Virus record (IMG/VR): IMGVR_UViG_3300047546_002006
Span: 1-64,000 of that record
Strand: one strand, 5' to 3'
Length of the DNA stretch: 64,000 nt
DNA from: a virus
Shown here: positions 35,118-45,569 of the stretch, in pieces
How positions within the stretch are numbered: position 1 is the first letter of the stretch
Layout of the letters: each line of letters opens with the position of its first letter
Notes under the pieces: generated by a model
What the model was told of the DNA's origin: nothing
The model's input: the letters and a program-made list of their open reading frames with translations, nothing else
The model's database searches: none
Translations under genes and position numbers: made by a program

Positions 35118-36424
35118 TGAATCCGTTTCTCGCTCAGTTTATTCAACGTGCTCCTCAAGTATTAAGGGCTGTACAAGGTTTTGGTGCTAAAGCAGCGCCT
35201 AAAGCTGTACAAGGTGTTGTAGATACTGTTACAAATCCCCAGACATATCGCCGTTTAGCGGCTAGCGCAGAAAATACACTTCAACGCACATTACCAAAAG
35301 CATTTGCTGGTCCAAACTTTGGCAATATTCCTGCTCGTTTTACCGGTTTAATCAGTGATGTTGCACAGATGCCGGCTGGTTTAGCTCGTGATGTGCAATC
35401 TGGAATGGTTGGACGTGCAATTCAAGAAGCAGCTGGTTTTGCGCCACAACTATCCCGTGGTGCCAGTCAGGCTGCAACAGGTGCATTACGTGCTCCGGTC
35501 ATTGGAGACGCACTGCGTGCAGGTCAATCTGTATTAACAAGTCCACTGCAGACTGCAATTCAAACCGGTGGTCAATTTGCCAGGGATCCTGGGTTACGCC
35601 GTGAGTTCTTGAAGCAATTTGGTGGCACTACAGAGAAAGCAGCACGTGCTTTAAGCGGCACTACAAATGTTGGCCGCGTCGGCGGGTTACTGCAGAGCCT
35701 TTCTCCTGGTGGTGTGACAGGACTGCGTGGATCACTTGCGCTGCCAGGTGCTCTTGGTGGCGCTGCATGGGAAGTCCCTAATATAATCGAAGCAAGTAGT
35801 TGGTTGGGTGATCGCTTGTCTGATGTTGGCATTGGATATGATCCGCGCAGAGATCCTCGTGTTACACCAATTCAAAATCGTCCAGTTGTAAATCCTGGTG
35901 AACTTGCACCCGATTACAGTGGCGCCGCAGATCGTGCAGCTCGTTTTGCTCAATATGCAAACATGGGCCAAGGATTACAAGATGCTAACCTGACTCCTGG
36001 TGCAACACCACCAAACCAACCTGCTCCCCCACCGCCGCAGTTACCTGCTGCTCGGGGCTCAGTTGAGCAGCAAGCCGGACAACCGACTTTACCACCACCT
36101 CCAGGCGGCATGCTTGGTCAAGTGGTTCTGTCGAACGGGGCCGGTGTTCCCGCACAACGTCAGAATGTTCAAGAACGCGCACTCTCTCAAGAAGTACTTA
36201 ATGCTGCTCAGCAGTACGCTGCTCCTACAGGTGTCCCCCTTCCTTCCTTCTATGCGGGCCAGCAGCAATTGGGTAGGAGTATGGCACAGACTGGAGAGTT
36301 GCAACGGCGTCTGACGGATCTTGGAGCTGCTCCGGATATGCAACAGGAGGCTCTGAAGTCCTGGGTGAGAGAGAACCCTGGTCTTGCTTACCGCGAACTG
36401 ATGAAACTCCAGAGAGGCCAGTGA
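35117..36424 (+). CDS. putative internal virion protein
   Basis: Ala/Gly/Gln-rich 435 aa. Confidence 0.6.
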   Translation: MNPFLAQFIQRAPQVLRAVQGFGAKAAPKAVQGVVDTVTNPQTYRRLAASAENTLQRTLPKAFAGPNFGNIPARFTGLISDVAQMPAGLARDVQSGMVGRAIQEAAGFAPQLSRGASQAATGALRAPVIGDALRAGQSVLTSPLQTAIQTGGQFARDPGLRREFLKQFGGTTEKAARALSGTTNVGRVGGLLQSLSPGGVTGLRGSLALPGALGGAAWEVPNIIEASSWLGDRLSDVGIGYDPRRDPRVTPIQNRPVVNPGELAPDYSGAADRAARFAQYANMGQGLQDANLTPGATPPNQPAPPPPQLPAARGSVEQQAGQPTLPPPPGGMLGQVVLSNGAGVPAQRQNVQERALSQEVLNAAQQYAAPTGVPLPSFYAGQQQLGRSMAQTGELQRRLTDLGAAPDMQQEALKSWVRENPGLAYRELMKLQRGQ

Positions 36425-37122
36425 AAACCATGCCAGCAAATCCAATTCGTCAAAAATACGAACAGATCTTAAACAAACCTTATTCTCAAGGTTTGTTAAA
36501 TATGATCCGGACCGGCGAAGGCACTGCTGGGCCAGAAGGATATCGCACGCAGTTTACTGGCAAGTTGTTTGATACATCCAGAGGATGGCGCCATCCTAAC
36601 GAGGCAATTTCTTCTGGTGGATACACAAGCACAGCCGCTGGAGCCTATCAGTTTTTAACACCTACATGGAACGAAGCAGCAAGAACGCTAGGTTTAACCA
36701 GCATGGATCCACGTTCCCAAGATCTTGCTGCGTTGTATCTTGCTGATAGAAGAGGTGCTTTAGGCATCCTTCAACAAGGTGGCAAATTGGTCGATGTTGC
36801 AGATAAGCTGGCGCCTGAATGGGCTTCTATCCCAACAAGAGAAGGGAAAAGTTACTACGGGCAACCTGTTAAAAGTATGTCTGACCTTGCAAAAGCATAC
36901 GAACAAGGCAAGGCGCGAGTTGTTGGATCCCCTGCAGTAACAACAACAACAGTACAAAAGCCACAAGTACAACCCCAGCTTGCAGGGCAAGCAGATCCTG
37001 CATTAATGAATATGGCGCAGCAGTTGGTTGCACCATTGGTTGGTTCGTTCTTAAATCGAGGCAGTAGCCCAACTTCTTCTTTTGGTAATTTTTTGAATAT
37101 GTTCGGATCAATGCTTCGGTAA
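36421..37122 (+). CDS. lambda-R-type (GH104) muramidase/transglycosylase
   Basis: LNMIRTGEGT, STAAGAYQFLTPTW, QDLAA, EWASIP. Confidence 0.88.
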   Translation: MKTMPANPIRQKYEQILNKPYSQGLLNMIRTGEGTAGPEGYRTQFTGKLFDTSRGWRHPNEAISSGGYTSTAAGAYQFLTPTWNEAARTLGLTSMDPRSQDLAALYLADRRGALGILQQGGKLVDVADKLAPEWASIPTREGKSYYGQPVKSMSDLAKAYEQGKARVVGSPAVTTTTVQKPQVQPQLAGQADPALMNMAQQLVAPLVGSFLNRGSSPTSSFGNFLNMFGSMLR

Positions 37123-37155
37123 CGTCTATAATAAGTAAAAATAGGAAGTATAGCC

Positions 37156-37941
37156 TTGGCCTCGACATCTACTAATAAACAACCAATGTTGGTTGATCGG
37201 CCGTTATTTGATTCGGTTCGAGTAACTACACAAACAGTTGGTAGTGCTTCTACGAATACATTATTTGTACAAGGCGGCCAGGCTCCATCCATTCTTGTTG
37301 ATATGGATGCCGGATTAGAAGAAGATAATAATAGTGGTGGTGTTGTAGACTCCATTACAATCGCACGTAATGATTTTTATAGGGATGCAGATTACACGGT
37401 CAATGCGTCGACTTCTGGTACTCCTGTATCTCTTGTCAGTGGTCAAATTGTTTTTATTTCTTCCACTGGGGTCTTGACTGGTGGAGGTGCGCCGTTTAGT
37501 GGTTATGGTTACTATCAATACACTGGTGCAACTACGTTGACGGGTATCAATACTGCTCTTAATTATTCAGGCGGTATTGCATCTGGCTTTGATTACAAAG
37601 GTGTTGCTTACGGTTATCAACCAGCGGTGACTTTTGTTTTCTACCAAACCCGTGGCACAACGACACCTATTCCCGCTTCTGGGGATTACCGCTTACTCTT
37701 TTCTAAAACAGTTCCGGCAGATAGTGGAATTGTTGATTGTTCTGATGTGATGCCACAACTTGCGGTACCCTCTGTTTCTGCTGGTAATACCAATGGCTTA
37801 GGTGCAACTGCGCCACTACGCAATAAAGGGATTTACCTGGAGCGCGGCGATCGTTTATACGTTGGCGTGTTTCCCGATGGCCCAAATAGTTCAGGTTATA
37901 TTCCAGGTGTACACATTACTGCGCAGGGCGGGTTCTTCTGA
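37156..37941 (+). CDS. putative tail structural protein
   Basis: beta-rich, LERGDRLYVG..AQGGFF. Confidence 0.55.
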   Translation: MASTSTNKQPMLVDRPLFDSVRVTTQTVGSASTNTLFVQGGQAPSILVDMDAGLEEDNNSGGVVDSITIARNDFYRDADYTVNASTSGTPVSLVSGQIVFISSTGVLTGGGAPFSGYGYYQYTGATTLTGINTALNYSGGIASGFDYKGVAYGYQPAVTFVFYQTRGTTTPIPASGDYRLLFSKTVPADSGIVDCSDVMPQLAVPSVSAGNTNGLGATAPLRNKGIYLERGDRLYVGVFPDGPNSSGYIPGVHITAQGGFF

Positions 37942-37943
37942 TC

Positions 37944-39578
37944 ATGGCCAAAAAGAGTGGCAACTCTTTTGGTGATTTTACACAAGTAAAAGACTTTGTG
38001 CCTCGCAAGGTACAGCCGATTAAAACTGAATTTTCCAAAGGATCAATTCCCGATTCTTTTTATGCAGTTAATAGGGAATCTTCATGGACGCGCTGGCGGC
38101 GTGGCTATGAACTGGCAACTGCAACAGTAACCGATACAGCATACGAATATCCATTTAATTATCAAATTCCACTGCCACAAGGTGTGCAACAGAGTGGTAA
38201 TAACCCACCTACAATTCCGGGAATTTTCAAGGGGTTCCCAACTGTCCACAAAGAATTTGGTATGCACTGGGCAGGCATACGCGTTGCTGGAAGCCTAAGA
38301 TTTGACAATATACGAAACACAAGAGTCACCAATCCTTTTTATTGGCACGACGCACAATTTAATGATTACGAAAATATCGGTCAATGGTTTGATCCGGAGT
38401 TCTATATCACTAACAGTATTGCGTCCATTGAGTCTGTTACAGAAGATGATGAGTATTGGTACGTAAAGATTAAAGGTGATTGGAGTACTCAAAACCCACT
38501 TCCTCCACCGCTTTATGTGCCAATCCCAGGTGTACCTGGCGGTCTAAAAGCAATTAATGGTGAAGTACTTGAAGATCGAATTATTGAAGCAAATGGTGTG
38601 CCAATCACCAGAGACACGATTGATCCAACAACACAAAAACGTTATGGATATGTCCAAGCTATTTTGGTTGACACTAATCCTTTTACAGGTGTTTTAACAC
38701 TAAGAAAAAGAGGATCAGTAGAAGCAACCCCAGACCGCGCTTTGGTTACGCCAGCAACAAGACCACCGAATGTGGGTCGATTTTTCATGACCGGCACACG
38801 TTATTGCTGTTCATGTCAAGATTTCAATCGTCGTGATTTTATGTTCATGACAAATTTAAAAGGAGGCAATTGGAAGCCATTCCCAAGAAATACTATTAGT
38901 ACTGTTAAACCAGGTCGTCGTGAGATCATCACACTTAGCGGATTATTAAATAATGCAGCCATGACACCTGGTGCAACAAACCGTGACATGGCTATCATTT
39001 CACCCGCAGTGGAATATAACGTACCTCCAACTATTACACCAACATCAACAACAGTATCTGGAACAGCACGCGACAACCCTGGTGTATATACAGATTTTGG
39101 ATCTGTTTACCTACGCGGAACAAACCCTGCCCTACCAGGGAGCAAGGCAGATGGTATGGTGACATATGAAGATTACGCAACTTCAAATGAAGAGCTGACC
39201 TCTCTTACTGATACATGGACTCCTTTACTAGATGAATTTCGCTATTGCAAACACATTTATGCCATGCGATTTAAAGAAGGCGTGTTTCCACCAGAGCCTT
39301 CTGATATCCCCGTTGAAAATGGTAGTCTTGTATCCTGGGAGCAAAAGCTAGTTTCTGATAATGAAAAAGACCAAGAAAAAATACGCGTAGAACTTGCACG
39401 TCAATCTTTGTCATACATGGATGTACCGCCCTATAACTGTCAATCTCCAATGATGATGCCAATGATGCAGAAACTGTTTAATGTGCCAAGTAGCTTTGTT
39501 CGCATGCAAGGTTTTACCATGTATGACAAAGAAGGCAATCAATACATTCCATCTCAGAATCAAAAACCAGCAACTTAA
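37944..39578 (+). CDS. protein with split SWIM-type Zn finger
   Basis: YCCSCQDF ... YCKHIYAM. Confidence 0.6.
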   Translation: MAKKSGNSFGDFTQVKDFVPRKVQPIKTEFSKGSIPDSFYAVNRESSWTRWRRGYELATATVTDTAYEYPFNYQIPLPQGVQQSGNNPPTIPGIFKGFPTVHKEFGMHWAGIRVAGSLRFDNIRNTRVTNPFYWHDAQFNDYENIGQWFDPEFYITNSIASIESVTEDDEYWYVKIKGDWSTQNPLPPPLYVPIPGVPGGLKAINGEVLEDRIIEANGVPITRDTIDPTTQKRYGYVQAILVDTNPFTGVLTLRKRGSVEATPDRALVTPATRPPNVGRFFMTGTRYCCSCQDFNRRDFMFMTNLKGGNWKPFPRNTISTVKPGRREIITLSGLLNNAAMTPGATNRDMAIISPAVEYNVPPTITPTSTTVSGTARDNPGVYTDFGSVYLRGTNPALPGSKADGMVTYEDYATSNEELTSLTDTWTPLLDEFRYCKHIYAMRFKEGVFPPEPSDIPVENGSLVSWEQKLVSDNEKDQEKIRVELARQSLSYMDVPPYNCQSPMMMPMMQKLFNVPSSFVRMQGFTMYDKEGNQYIPSQNQKPAT

Positions 39579-39620
39579 ACTTCGTCTACAATAGGAATAC
39601 TGCTTCAAGGTATTGCCAAT

Positions 39621-42497
39621 ATGTTGCTTCTTACGTCGACTGTCGATATCGTTCAGATCGTAGCGACAAGTGCAACACAATTAGAAATCCATGCTTCTTA
39701 TGCAGACAATGCATCAGGAGTGGTTACCGCTGGGCGCAAAGACACTATTGTTACAACTGCTACAACCGCTACAATCGTTAGTTCTCCTGCTCAAAATATT
39801 CAACGCAATGTACGTACGATTGTTGTACGCAATGATGATCCATCAACTTCCAACACTATAAAAGTAGAGCATTACGACGGCACCAATACGATTACACTTT
39901 GGTATGGTGCTTTAGCAGCAGGAGAAGAAGCAATACTTAGCCAGGAAGGCACATGGCATGTCTACGATATTACTGGGTTAGAAAAAAACTATAATGTAAT
40001 TGGACCGACTGGTCCAACAGGTCCTTCTGGTGGGCCTACTGGTCCACAAGGGGCAACAGGCCCACTAGGTCCTACTGGACCCACAGGCCCAACAGGTGCA
40101 ACAGGCCCACAAGGTGCAACAGGACCGCAAGGGACAACTGGTCCTATCGGCCCTTCTGGTGCGACAGGCGTACAAGGTGCAACCGGTGTTCAAGGCAGTA
40201 CAGGTATACAAGGCCCCTCGGGTGCCACTGGAGTACAAGGTGCCACAGGCATTCAAGGTCCAACAGGAACACAAGGTTCGACTGGCCCTCAAGGTACAAC
40301 AGGCCCCACGGGATTACAGGGAACTACTGGTCCTACAGGCGTACAAGGTGCCACGGGTCCACAAGGTGCTACTGGAATTGAGGGTCCAACTGGGGTAACA
40401 GGCGTACAAGGTGCCACAGGTCCGCAGGGTACAACAGGTCCCACTGGAGCAACTGGTGTTACAGGCGTTCAAGGAGCCACAGGTGTACAAGGAGCTACTG
40501 GTCCGCAGGGAACCACTGGCCCCACTGGAGTACAAGGTGTCACAGGACCGATTGGCCCCACAGGCGCTACTGGTATTCAAGGGCCTACGGGAGCCACGGG
40601 TCCGCAAGGATTTTCGTCTAGTGTTTTTAAATATCAAGCCAAAACAACGGCAACCAGTGGATATCCAGGGGACGGTTTTATCTTATGGAATAACGCCACC
40701 CAAACCAGTGCGTCAACTATTCTTGTTAGTCATTTAACATTTGACAATGTTGATGCAGATATTTTTCTTTCTCAATTAGAGCAAACAGAGCAAATTACGA
40801 TTCAAGATCAAAGCGCAAGTGCCAATTTTCAAGTATGGACAATTAATGGTACGCCAACCAACACAAACCCTGGCGCCGCTAATAGTTATTGGTCTTATCC
40901 TGTAACACTTTCAAGCTCCGGTGGAACAGGAACAACAAACTTTGCAAATAACCTCAATATTTTTATTGCTTTAACAAGTGGTGTTGATGGTGCCACTGGT
41001 GCCACTGGTGTTGCTGGCCCAACAGGTGCTACAGGTCCACAGGGCGTCACTGGTGCTACAGGTATTGGAATCACTGGTGCCACAGGTGCGACAGGGGTAC
41101 AAGGTGTTCAAGGCACTACAGGTCCCACTGGGGCAACTGGTGTTGCCGGCCCAACAGGCGCTACGGGTCCGCAAGGCACTACAGGTCCCACTGGAGTGCA
41201 AGGTATAGAAGGACCAACCGGAGCCACAGGCGTACAAGGTGCTACTGGTATTCAAGGCACTACAGGTCCCACAGGCGTACAAGGTGCCACTGGTATTCAA
41301 GGCCCCAGCGGTCCCACAGGCGCTACTGGAGTACAAGGTGCCACAGGTATTCAAGGTGCCACTGGTGCTACTGGAGTACAAGGAATCACAGGACCTACAG
41401 GTGCCACTGGTGTACAAGGTGCCACTGGTGCAACAGGTGTACAAGGAATTACTGGACCCACCGGTGCCACTGGCGTTGAAGGACCCACTGGTGCAACAGG
41501 AGTGCAAGGGCCAACAGGCGCTACAGGTGTGCAAGGTGCTACGGGTGCCACTGGTGTTGCGACCATCGGCGGCAGTAATGGCCAGGTTCAGTACAATAAC
41601 TCTGGAGCATTTGGTGGTGCCGCTGACGTAACTATCGAAAGCGGCGATCTTGTATTACTAAACCAAGCTTCTATTACATCTCCAACTGGCACGGGCACAA
41701 AGCTTGGAGCGCAATCAATTGGCGGCAGGTCACTTTTGGTCGCTAAAAATAATTCATCTTCAGCGGCTTATGCAATACAGCCTACGCTTGCGCAAAATCG
41801 AGTTAATATGTGGATTGGTATCGTCAATAACTCAACACTCGGCACTTTTGGTACAACTGCTTTTACTGCAACAGGCACAAACACCGCTACAGCGGTAGCA
41901 ACAACTAATCGTTTTACAAGAACTCAAAGACTTGAATATCTTGTTACTGTTGCTGCTGCAACCGCAGTTGCGGGCTGGCGAATTGTAAACAACGTTTGGA
42001 GTATTGGTGGAACAGCAAGTGATGAAGGTGGATTCTATTTTATTTGCCGCTGGGGTCCAGCAACAGGCGTTGCAACAACAACAAACCGTGCATTCGTTGG
42101 CATGACTAACTCTACAGTGGCGCCAACAGACGTTGAACCAAGTTCCATTACAAACATCGTTGGCATGGGCTGGGATGCTGCAGATGCAAACATACAAATG
42201 ATGCATCGTGGTACTGGCGCCGTTACAAAAATTGATCTTGGCGCTAGTTTTGCTGTGCCGACAACAGATCGAACAAAGGTATATGAGTTGGCAATGTTCT
42301 CGCCTCCGGGATCAACACAATCGGTTTCTTACTTAGTAACAGACTTGGTCACCGGATCCACAGCAAGTGGCAGCATTACAACAAACATGCCTACTACCAC
42401 CACGCTCTTGTCTCCACGAGGGTGGATGAGCGTTGGAGGCACAAGTAGTGTGATTGGCATTGCTTTTATGAGTTGCTATATTGAAACAGATTATTGA
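39621..42497 (+). CDS. collagen-like fibre/spike protein
   Basis: two long Gly-X-Y tracts (GPT, GAT, GVQ) between globular domains. Confidence 0.9.
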   Translation: MLLLTSTVDIVQIVATSATQLEIHASYADNASGVVTAGRKDTIVTTATTATIVSSPAQNIQRNVRTIVVRNDDPSTSNTIKVEHYDGTNTITLWYGALAAGEEAILSQEGTWHVYDITGLEKNYNVIGPTGPTGPSGGPTGPQGATGPLGPTGPTGPTGATGPQGATGPQGTTGPIGPSGATGVQGATGVQGSTGIQGPSGATGVQGATGIQGPTGTQGSTGPQGTTGPTGLQGTTGPTGVQGATGPQGATGIEGPTGVTGVQGATGPQGTTGPTGATGVTGVQGATGVQGATGPQGTTGPTGVQGVTGPIGPTGATGIQGPTGATGPQGFSSSVFKYQAKTTATSGYPGDGFILWNNATQTSASTILVSHLTFDNVDADIFLSQLEQTEQITIQDQSASANFQVWTINGTPTNTNPGAANSYWSYPVTLSSSGGTGTTNFANNLNIFIALTSGVDGATGATGVAGPTGATGPQGVTGATGIGITGATGATGVQGVQGTTGPTGATGVAGPTGATGPQGTTGPTGVQGIEGPTGATGVQGATGIQGTTGPTGVQGATGIQGPSGPTGATGVQGATGIQGATGATGVQGITGPTGATGVQGATGATGVQGITGPTGATGVEGPTGATGVQGPTGATGVQGATGATGVATIGGSNGQVQYNNSGAFGGAADVTIESGDLVLLNQASITSPTGTGTKLGAQSIGGRSLLVAKNNSSSAAYAIQPTLAQNRVNMWIGIVNNSTLGTFGTTAFTATGTNTATAVATTNRFTRTQRLEYLVTVAAATAVAGWRIVNNVWSIGGTASDEGGFYFICRWGPATGVATTTNRAFVGMTNSTVAPTDVEPSSITNIVGMGWDAADANIQMMHRGTGAVTKIDLGASFAVPTTDRTKVYELAMFSPPGSTQSVSYLVTDLVTGSTASGSITTNMPTTTTLLSPRGWMSVGGTSSVIGIAFMSCYIETDY

Positions 42498-42544
42498 CGC
42501 CATAAATCCGATTGGTTACTATACCTAAAGCTTAGGTTTTTTAA

Positions 42545-44161
42545 ATGCGGCTGCATTTGGTTGGTATTTTTCATACCCTTGCAAAAAGCAGTTATTCACA
42601 TTGTGCTTTTACAGGAAAAGCCCTTCGTTTCCCGCGCATGATGCAAGCGCAAGGATATGAAGTCATTGAGTACAGTAATGAAGGAAGCGAAGCAAATGCA
42701 ACTGAGCATGTCACCATGCTTACGTCATACGAATTTGACGAGCTATATGGACAACGAAAAGACACTGAATTCTATGGTGATAATGCAACGGTAGGTAGTA
42801 CCGGTCATCAAAAATTTGAAGAACGCCTAATCGTTGAAATGCGCAAACGTCTGGAGCCAGGCGATATTATCTGTCATCCATTTGGACACGCACATCAAAT
42901 CCTGATGGATAAATTTCCAGATTACAAGCATGTAGAAACTGGAATAGGCTATCCAACATTAATGCCTAATAGTTTTCGCATCTTTGAGTCATACGCCTGG
43001 ATGCACTATCATCAAGGCAAAGAAAACAGGCAGGGACGTAACTATGAATGGGTTGTGCCCAACTATTTTGATATTGAAGAATGGGAGCCAAATTATGAGC
43101 CTGGACAGTATTTAGCTTTCCTCGGTCGTATTTGTTCCGTCAAGGGAATGGATACAATTTTGGAAATAGCTAAATATAGTCCATGGCCCATTGTCATTCA
43201 TGGACAAGGTGACCCCATGCCCTGGAGCCATCCCAACATTCATTATGGAGGCCCAATTTCTGGTAAAGCACGTTCTGATTTTCTGCGTAATGCACGTGCG
43301 GCTTTAATGCCCACAAACTTTACAGAACCATTTGGCGGCAGTGGAGTAGAAGCAATGCTGTGCGGTACACCATTGATTGCGGTTGATTACGGGGCATTTA
43401 CAGAAACCATATCTAATGGCATCACTGGATTTAGATGTCATACCCTCCAGGAATGGCTTGATGCCATTGTTGATGTTGATCTATTAGATCGAAGAGTAGT
43501 TGCAGCTAATGCACGCAGTCGATACAGCCTGGATGCATGCGGTAAACAATATGATCAAATCTTTAGAACGCTAGATAATTTGCAACACAAGGGATGGTAT
43601 GAATTACGCGGCATTGAAACGCAAGCCATTGATTACTCTTTTTTAGATCAAGAAGAAAAGCCATTTGCACAACGTCTTGTTCCTTATCTTGTTGATACTT
43701 TTAAGCCAGATACTGTACTTGATCTTGGCTGCGGCCCAGGTACATATGTCAATGTATTTAATGACTTAGGCGTTGACTGCATTGGTTACGACACAGACGT
43801 GCGTGTCAAAGGTATGCCAAATATTTATTGCAAGAGCCTACATGAAGCAGAAGAGAAAGCAGACCTTGTTCTGTGTATGGAGGTAGCAGAACACATTGAT
43901 TCTTCTCAGAATGAATCAATTGTTCAAGTTATGTATGACGCTTTAAACCCAGGGGGAGTTTTAATTTGGACCGCTGCAAAACCAGGTCAAGGCGGCGTAG
44001 GACACATTAATTGCCAAGAAAAAACATATTGGGAAAAACTATTAAATGCAACTGGTTTAGTTCGTGATACTGTTGAAGAACAAAAAACCATCGAATATAT
44101 CCGCAATGGATATCATATGGGTTGGTTTTTACAAAACCTTATGATCTATAGAAAACCATGA
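42545..44161 (+). CDS. GT4 glycosyltransferase fused to class I SAM methyltransferase
   Basis: FLGRICSVKG, EPFGGSGVEAMLCGTP; VLDLGCGPG, EVAEHI, PGQGGVGHIN. Confidence 0.9.
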   Translation: MRLHLVGIFHTLAKSSYSHCAFTGKALRFPRMMQAQGYEVIEYSNEGSEANATEHVTMLTSYEFDELYGQRKDTEFYGDNATVGSTGHQKFEERLIVEMRKRLEPGDIICHPFGHAHQILMDKFPDYKHVETGIGYPTLMPNSFRIFESYAWMHYHQGKENRQGRNYEWVVPNYFDIEEWEPNYEPGQYLAFLGRICSVKGMDTILEIAKYSPWPIVIHGQGDPMPWSHPNIHYGGPISGKARSDFLRNARAALMPTNFTEPFGGSGVEAMLCGTPLIAVDYGAFTETISNGITGFRCHTLQEWLDAIVDVDLLDRRVVAANARSRYSLDACGKQYDQIFRTLDNLQHKGWYELRGIETQAIDYSFLDQEEKPFAQRLVPYLVDTFKPDTVLDLGCGPGTYVNVFNDLGVDCIGYDTDVRVKGMPNIYCKSLHEAEEKADLVLCMEVAEHIDSSQNESIVQVMYDALNPGGVLIWTAAKPGQGGVGHINCQEKTYWEKLLNATGLVRDTVEEQKTIEYIRNGYHMGWFLQNLMIYRKP

Positions 44162-44391
44162 CTAACACACCAAGCTTTGGTGACGTGGTGGATTCAACTT
44201 CACCAGCATCCCAAGAACAATTAGCTAAGCGCCAATACGGTTTTAGTACCATTTCTTACGACGGTTCTCCAACTGTTTACAAAGGAGGTGACGTTGTTCA
44301 TCTCCCATATGAGATAACAGAAAAATCAACGATGGAAGCAATAGGGCTTGCTTGGGCAGCATATGCGGAAGGTATTCCCGCACAAGAATAA
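44158..44391 (+). CDS. hypothetical protein
   Basis: ATGA overlap. Confidence 0.65.
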   Translation: MTNTPSFGDVVDSTSPASQEQLAKRQYGFSTISYDGSPTVYKGGDVVHLPYEITEKSTMEAIGLAWAAYAEGIPAQE

Positions 44392-44491
44392 GGATACTTA
44401 ATGGATTAAAAGCAATAGATTAAAATATCTTTAAGCACTTGCGAGGGTGTACCGGCTTTTTCTATGGTCGGTGCATCTAGCTCAATTCAGT

Positions 44492-44923
44492 ATGTCCCAC
44501 TCTCCTCCACTTGATCAACGCATTGTCGATGAGTATTTCTCACTGGTTTCCAGGCGTAAAAACGAAGGCATCGCCTGGCTTTTTGGTATGACAGCAACCT
44601 TTGGCCTTACGCCAGAGCAATTTAAAAATGCAGGTGGCTTTACCTGGGATGGCAACAACTTGATTATCGCAGGACGTAAACGAGCCATACGTCCTCTACA
44701 TCCACAGTGGGTGCTTCTTTTCCAGCTAAAAGAAAAGCAGCCCCACGATGTGTGGAGCTGCTGGAGTCCCCTTGTGTCACGTCTGTATCGGGCTATGGCT
44801 CTCCAGGAGATCAGTATGAATGTCACTGATTTGATCCTGGCTCATAGCATGCGTAAAAGATATTATTCCTCCATCAAGCGGCAGCGGCAACGGGCTGCTC
44901 AATCTTTCGCAAGTGCTTCCTGA
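44492..44923 (+). CDS. degenerate tyrosine-recombinase catalytic domain
   Basis: WLFGMTATFGLTPEQ, RAIRPLHPQWVLLFQL, TDLILAHSMR. Confidence 0.6.
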   Translation: MSHSPPLDQRIVDEYFSLVSRRKNEGIAWLFGMTATFGLTPEQFKNAGGFTWDGNNLIIAGRKRAIRPLHPQWVLLFQLKEKQPHDVWSCWSPLVSRLYRAMALQEISMNVTDLILAHSMRKRYYSSIKRQRQRAAQSFASAS

Positions 44924-45095
44924 CAGCGTTTACGTTCCACAGATAGCTATCCCTGGAGCGCGTCTCGGGAAACGCTGCGTAGTGAGGACCCAGCTTCAGG
45001 GTGCCGTCATCCCGGTACTTGAACAAGGTTTTCTTGTCAATGCCGAGAAGCTCTTCTGCTTGCTGGGCCGAGACCCAACCTGGATGCTTAGCCAT
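44874..45095 (-). CDS. excisionase/MerR-like HTH protein
   Basis: WVSAQQAEELLGIDKKTLFKYRDDGTLKLGPHY..YLWNV. Confidence 0.75.
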   Translation of the reverse strand: MAKHPGWVSAQQAEELLGIDKKTLFKYRDDGTLKLGPHYAAFPETRSRDSYLWNVNAVRKHLRKIEQPVAAAA

Positions 45096-45119
45096 AGGTA
45101 AGCAAATGTGTACTTCCAT

Positions 45120-45147
45120 ACAGTACGGAGTAAAACGACCTTGTCAA
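45120..45147 (-). promoter_or_regulatory. sigma70-like promoter with inverted repeat over -35
   Basis: TTGACA-N16-TACTGT; CCTTG-t-CAAGG. Confidence 0.55.
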
Positions 45148-45230
45148 GGGTCTTAATTAAAGCTTTATCTCTTCTTGCAAGCTAAGTAACGTGTGTTGAA
45201 ATTAGAATAAATTAACGGCAACTAAAGAGT

Positions 45231-45569
45231 ATGTATTGCAACGAGCATGAGCCTCTCGCCCTGCTAGTTGAATTAACTCCTAAATTGGCTAAGAAAAAAT
45301 TTCGTGAAAGTATTTATCAGGCTTGGAATAATAAATGCGGTTACTGCCAGGAACAAGCAACAAGCCTAGATCATATTGTTCCACGGTTTAAATCAGGCTC
45401 GTCTAATCGCCATAATTTATTACCTTGTTGCAGGAAGTGCAATGCAAATAAAGGTTCAGAAGACATGAAAACATGGTACGAAAAACAAGAGTTTTTTTCT
45501 TTAGAAAAACTTGATAGGATTGAAGCCTGGACCAGGCAAACATCAGTATTTATTTTTGGTGACGTTTAA
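45231..45569 (+). CDS. HNH endonuclease
   Basis: CGYC, LDHIVP..G..NLLPCCRKCNANKG. Confidence 0.9.
   Translation: MYCNEHEPLALLVELTPKLAKKKFRESIYQAWNNKCGYCQEQATSLDHIVPRFKSGSSNRHNLLPCCRKCNANKGSEDMKTWYEKQEFFSLEKLDRIEAWTRQTSVFIFGDV

Noticed and set aside
40065-41631. Alternative-frame ORFs in the collagen tract
   Set aside because: Artefacts of Gly-X-Y periodicity
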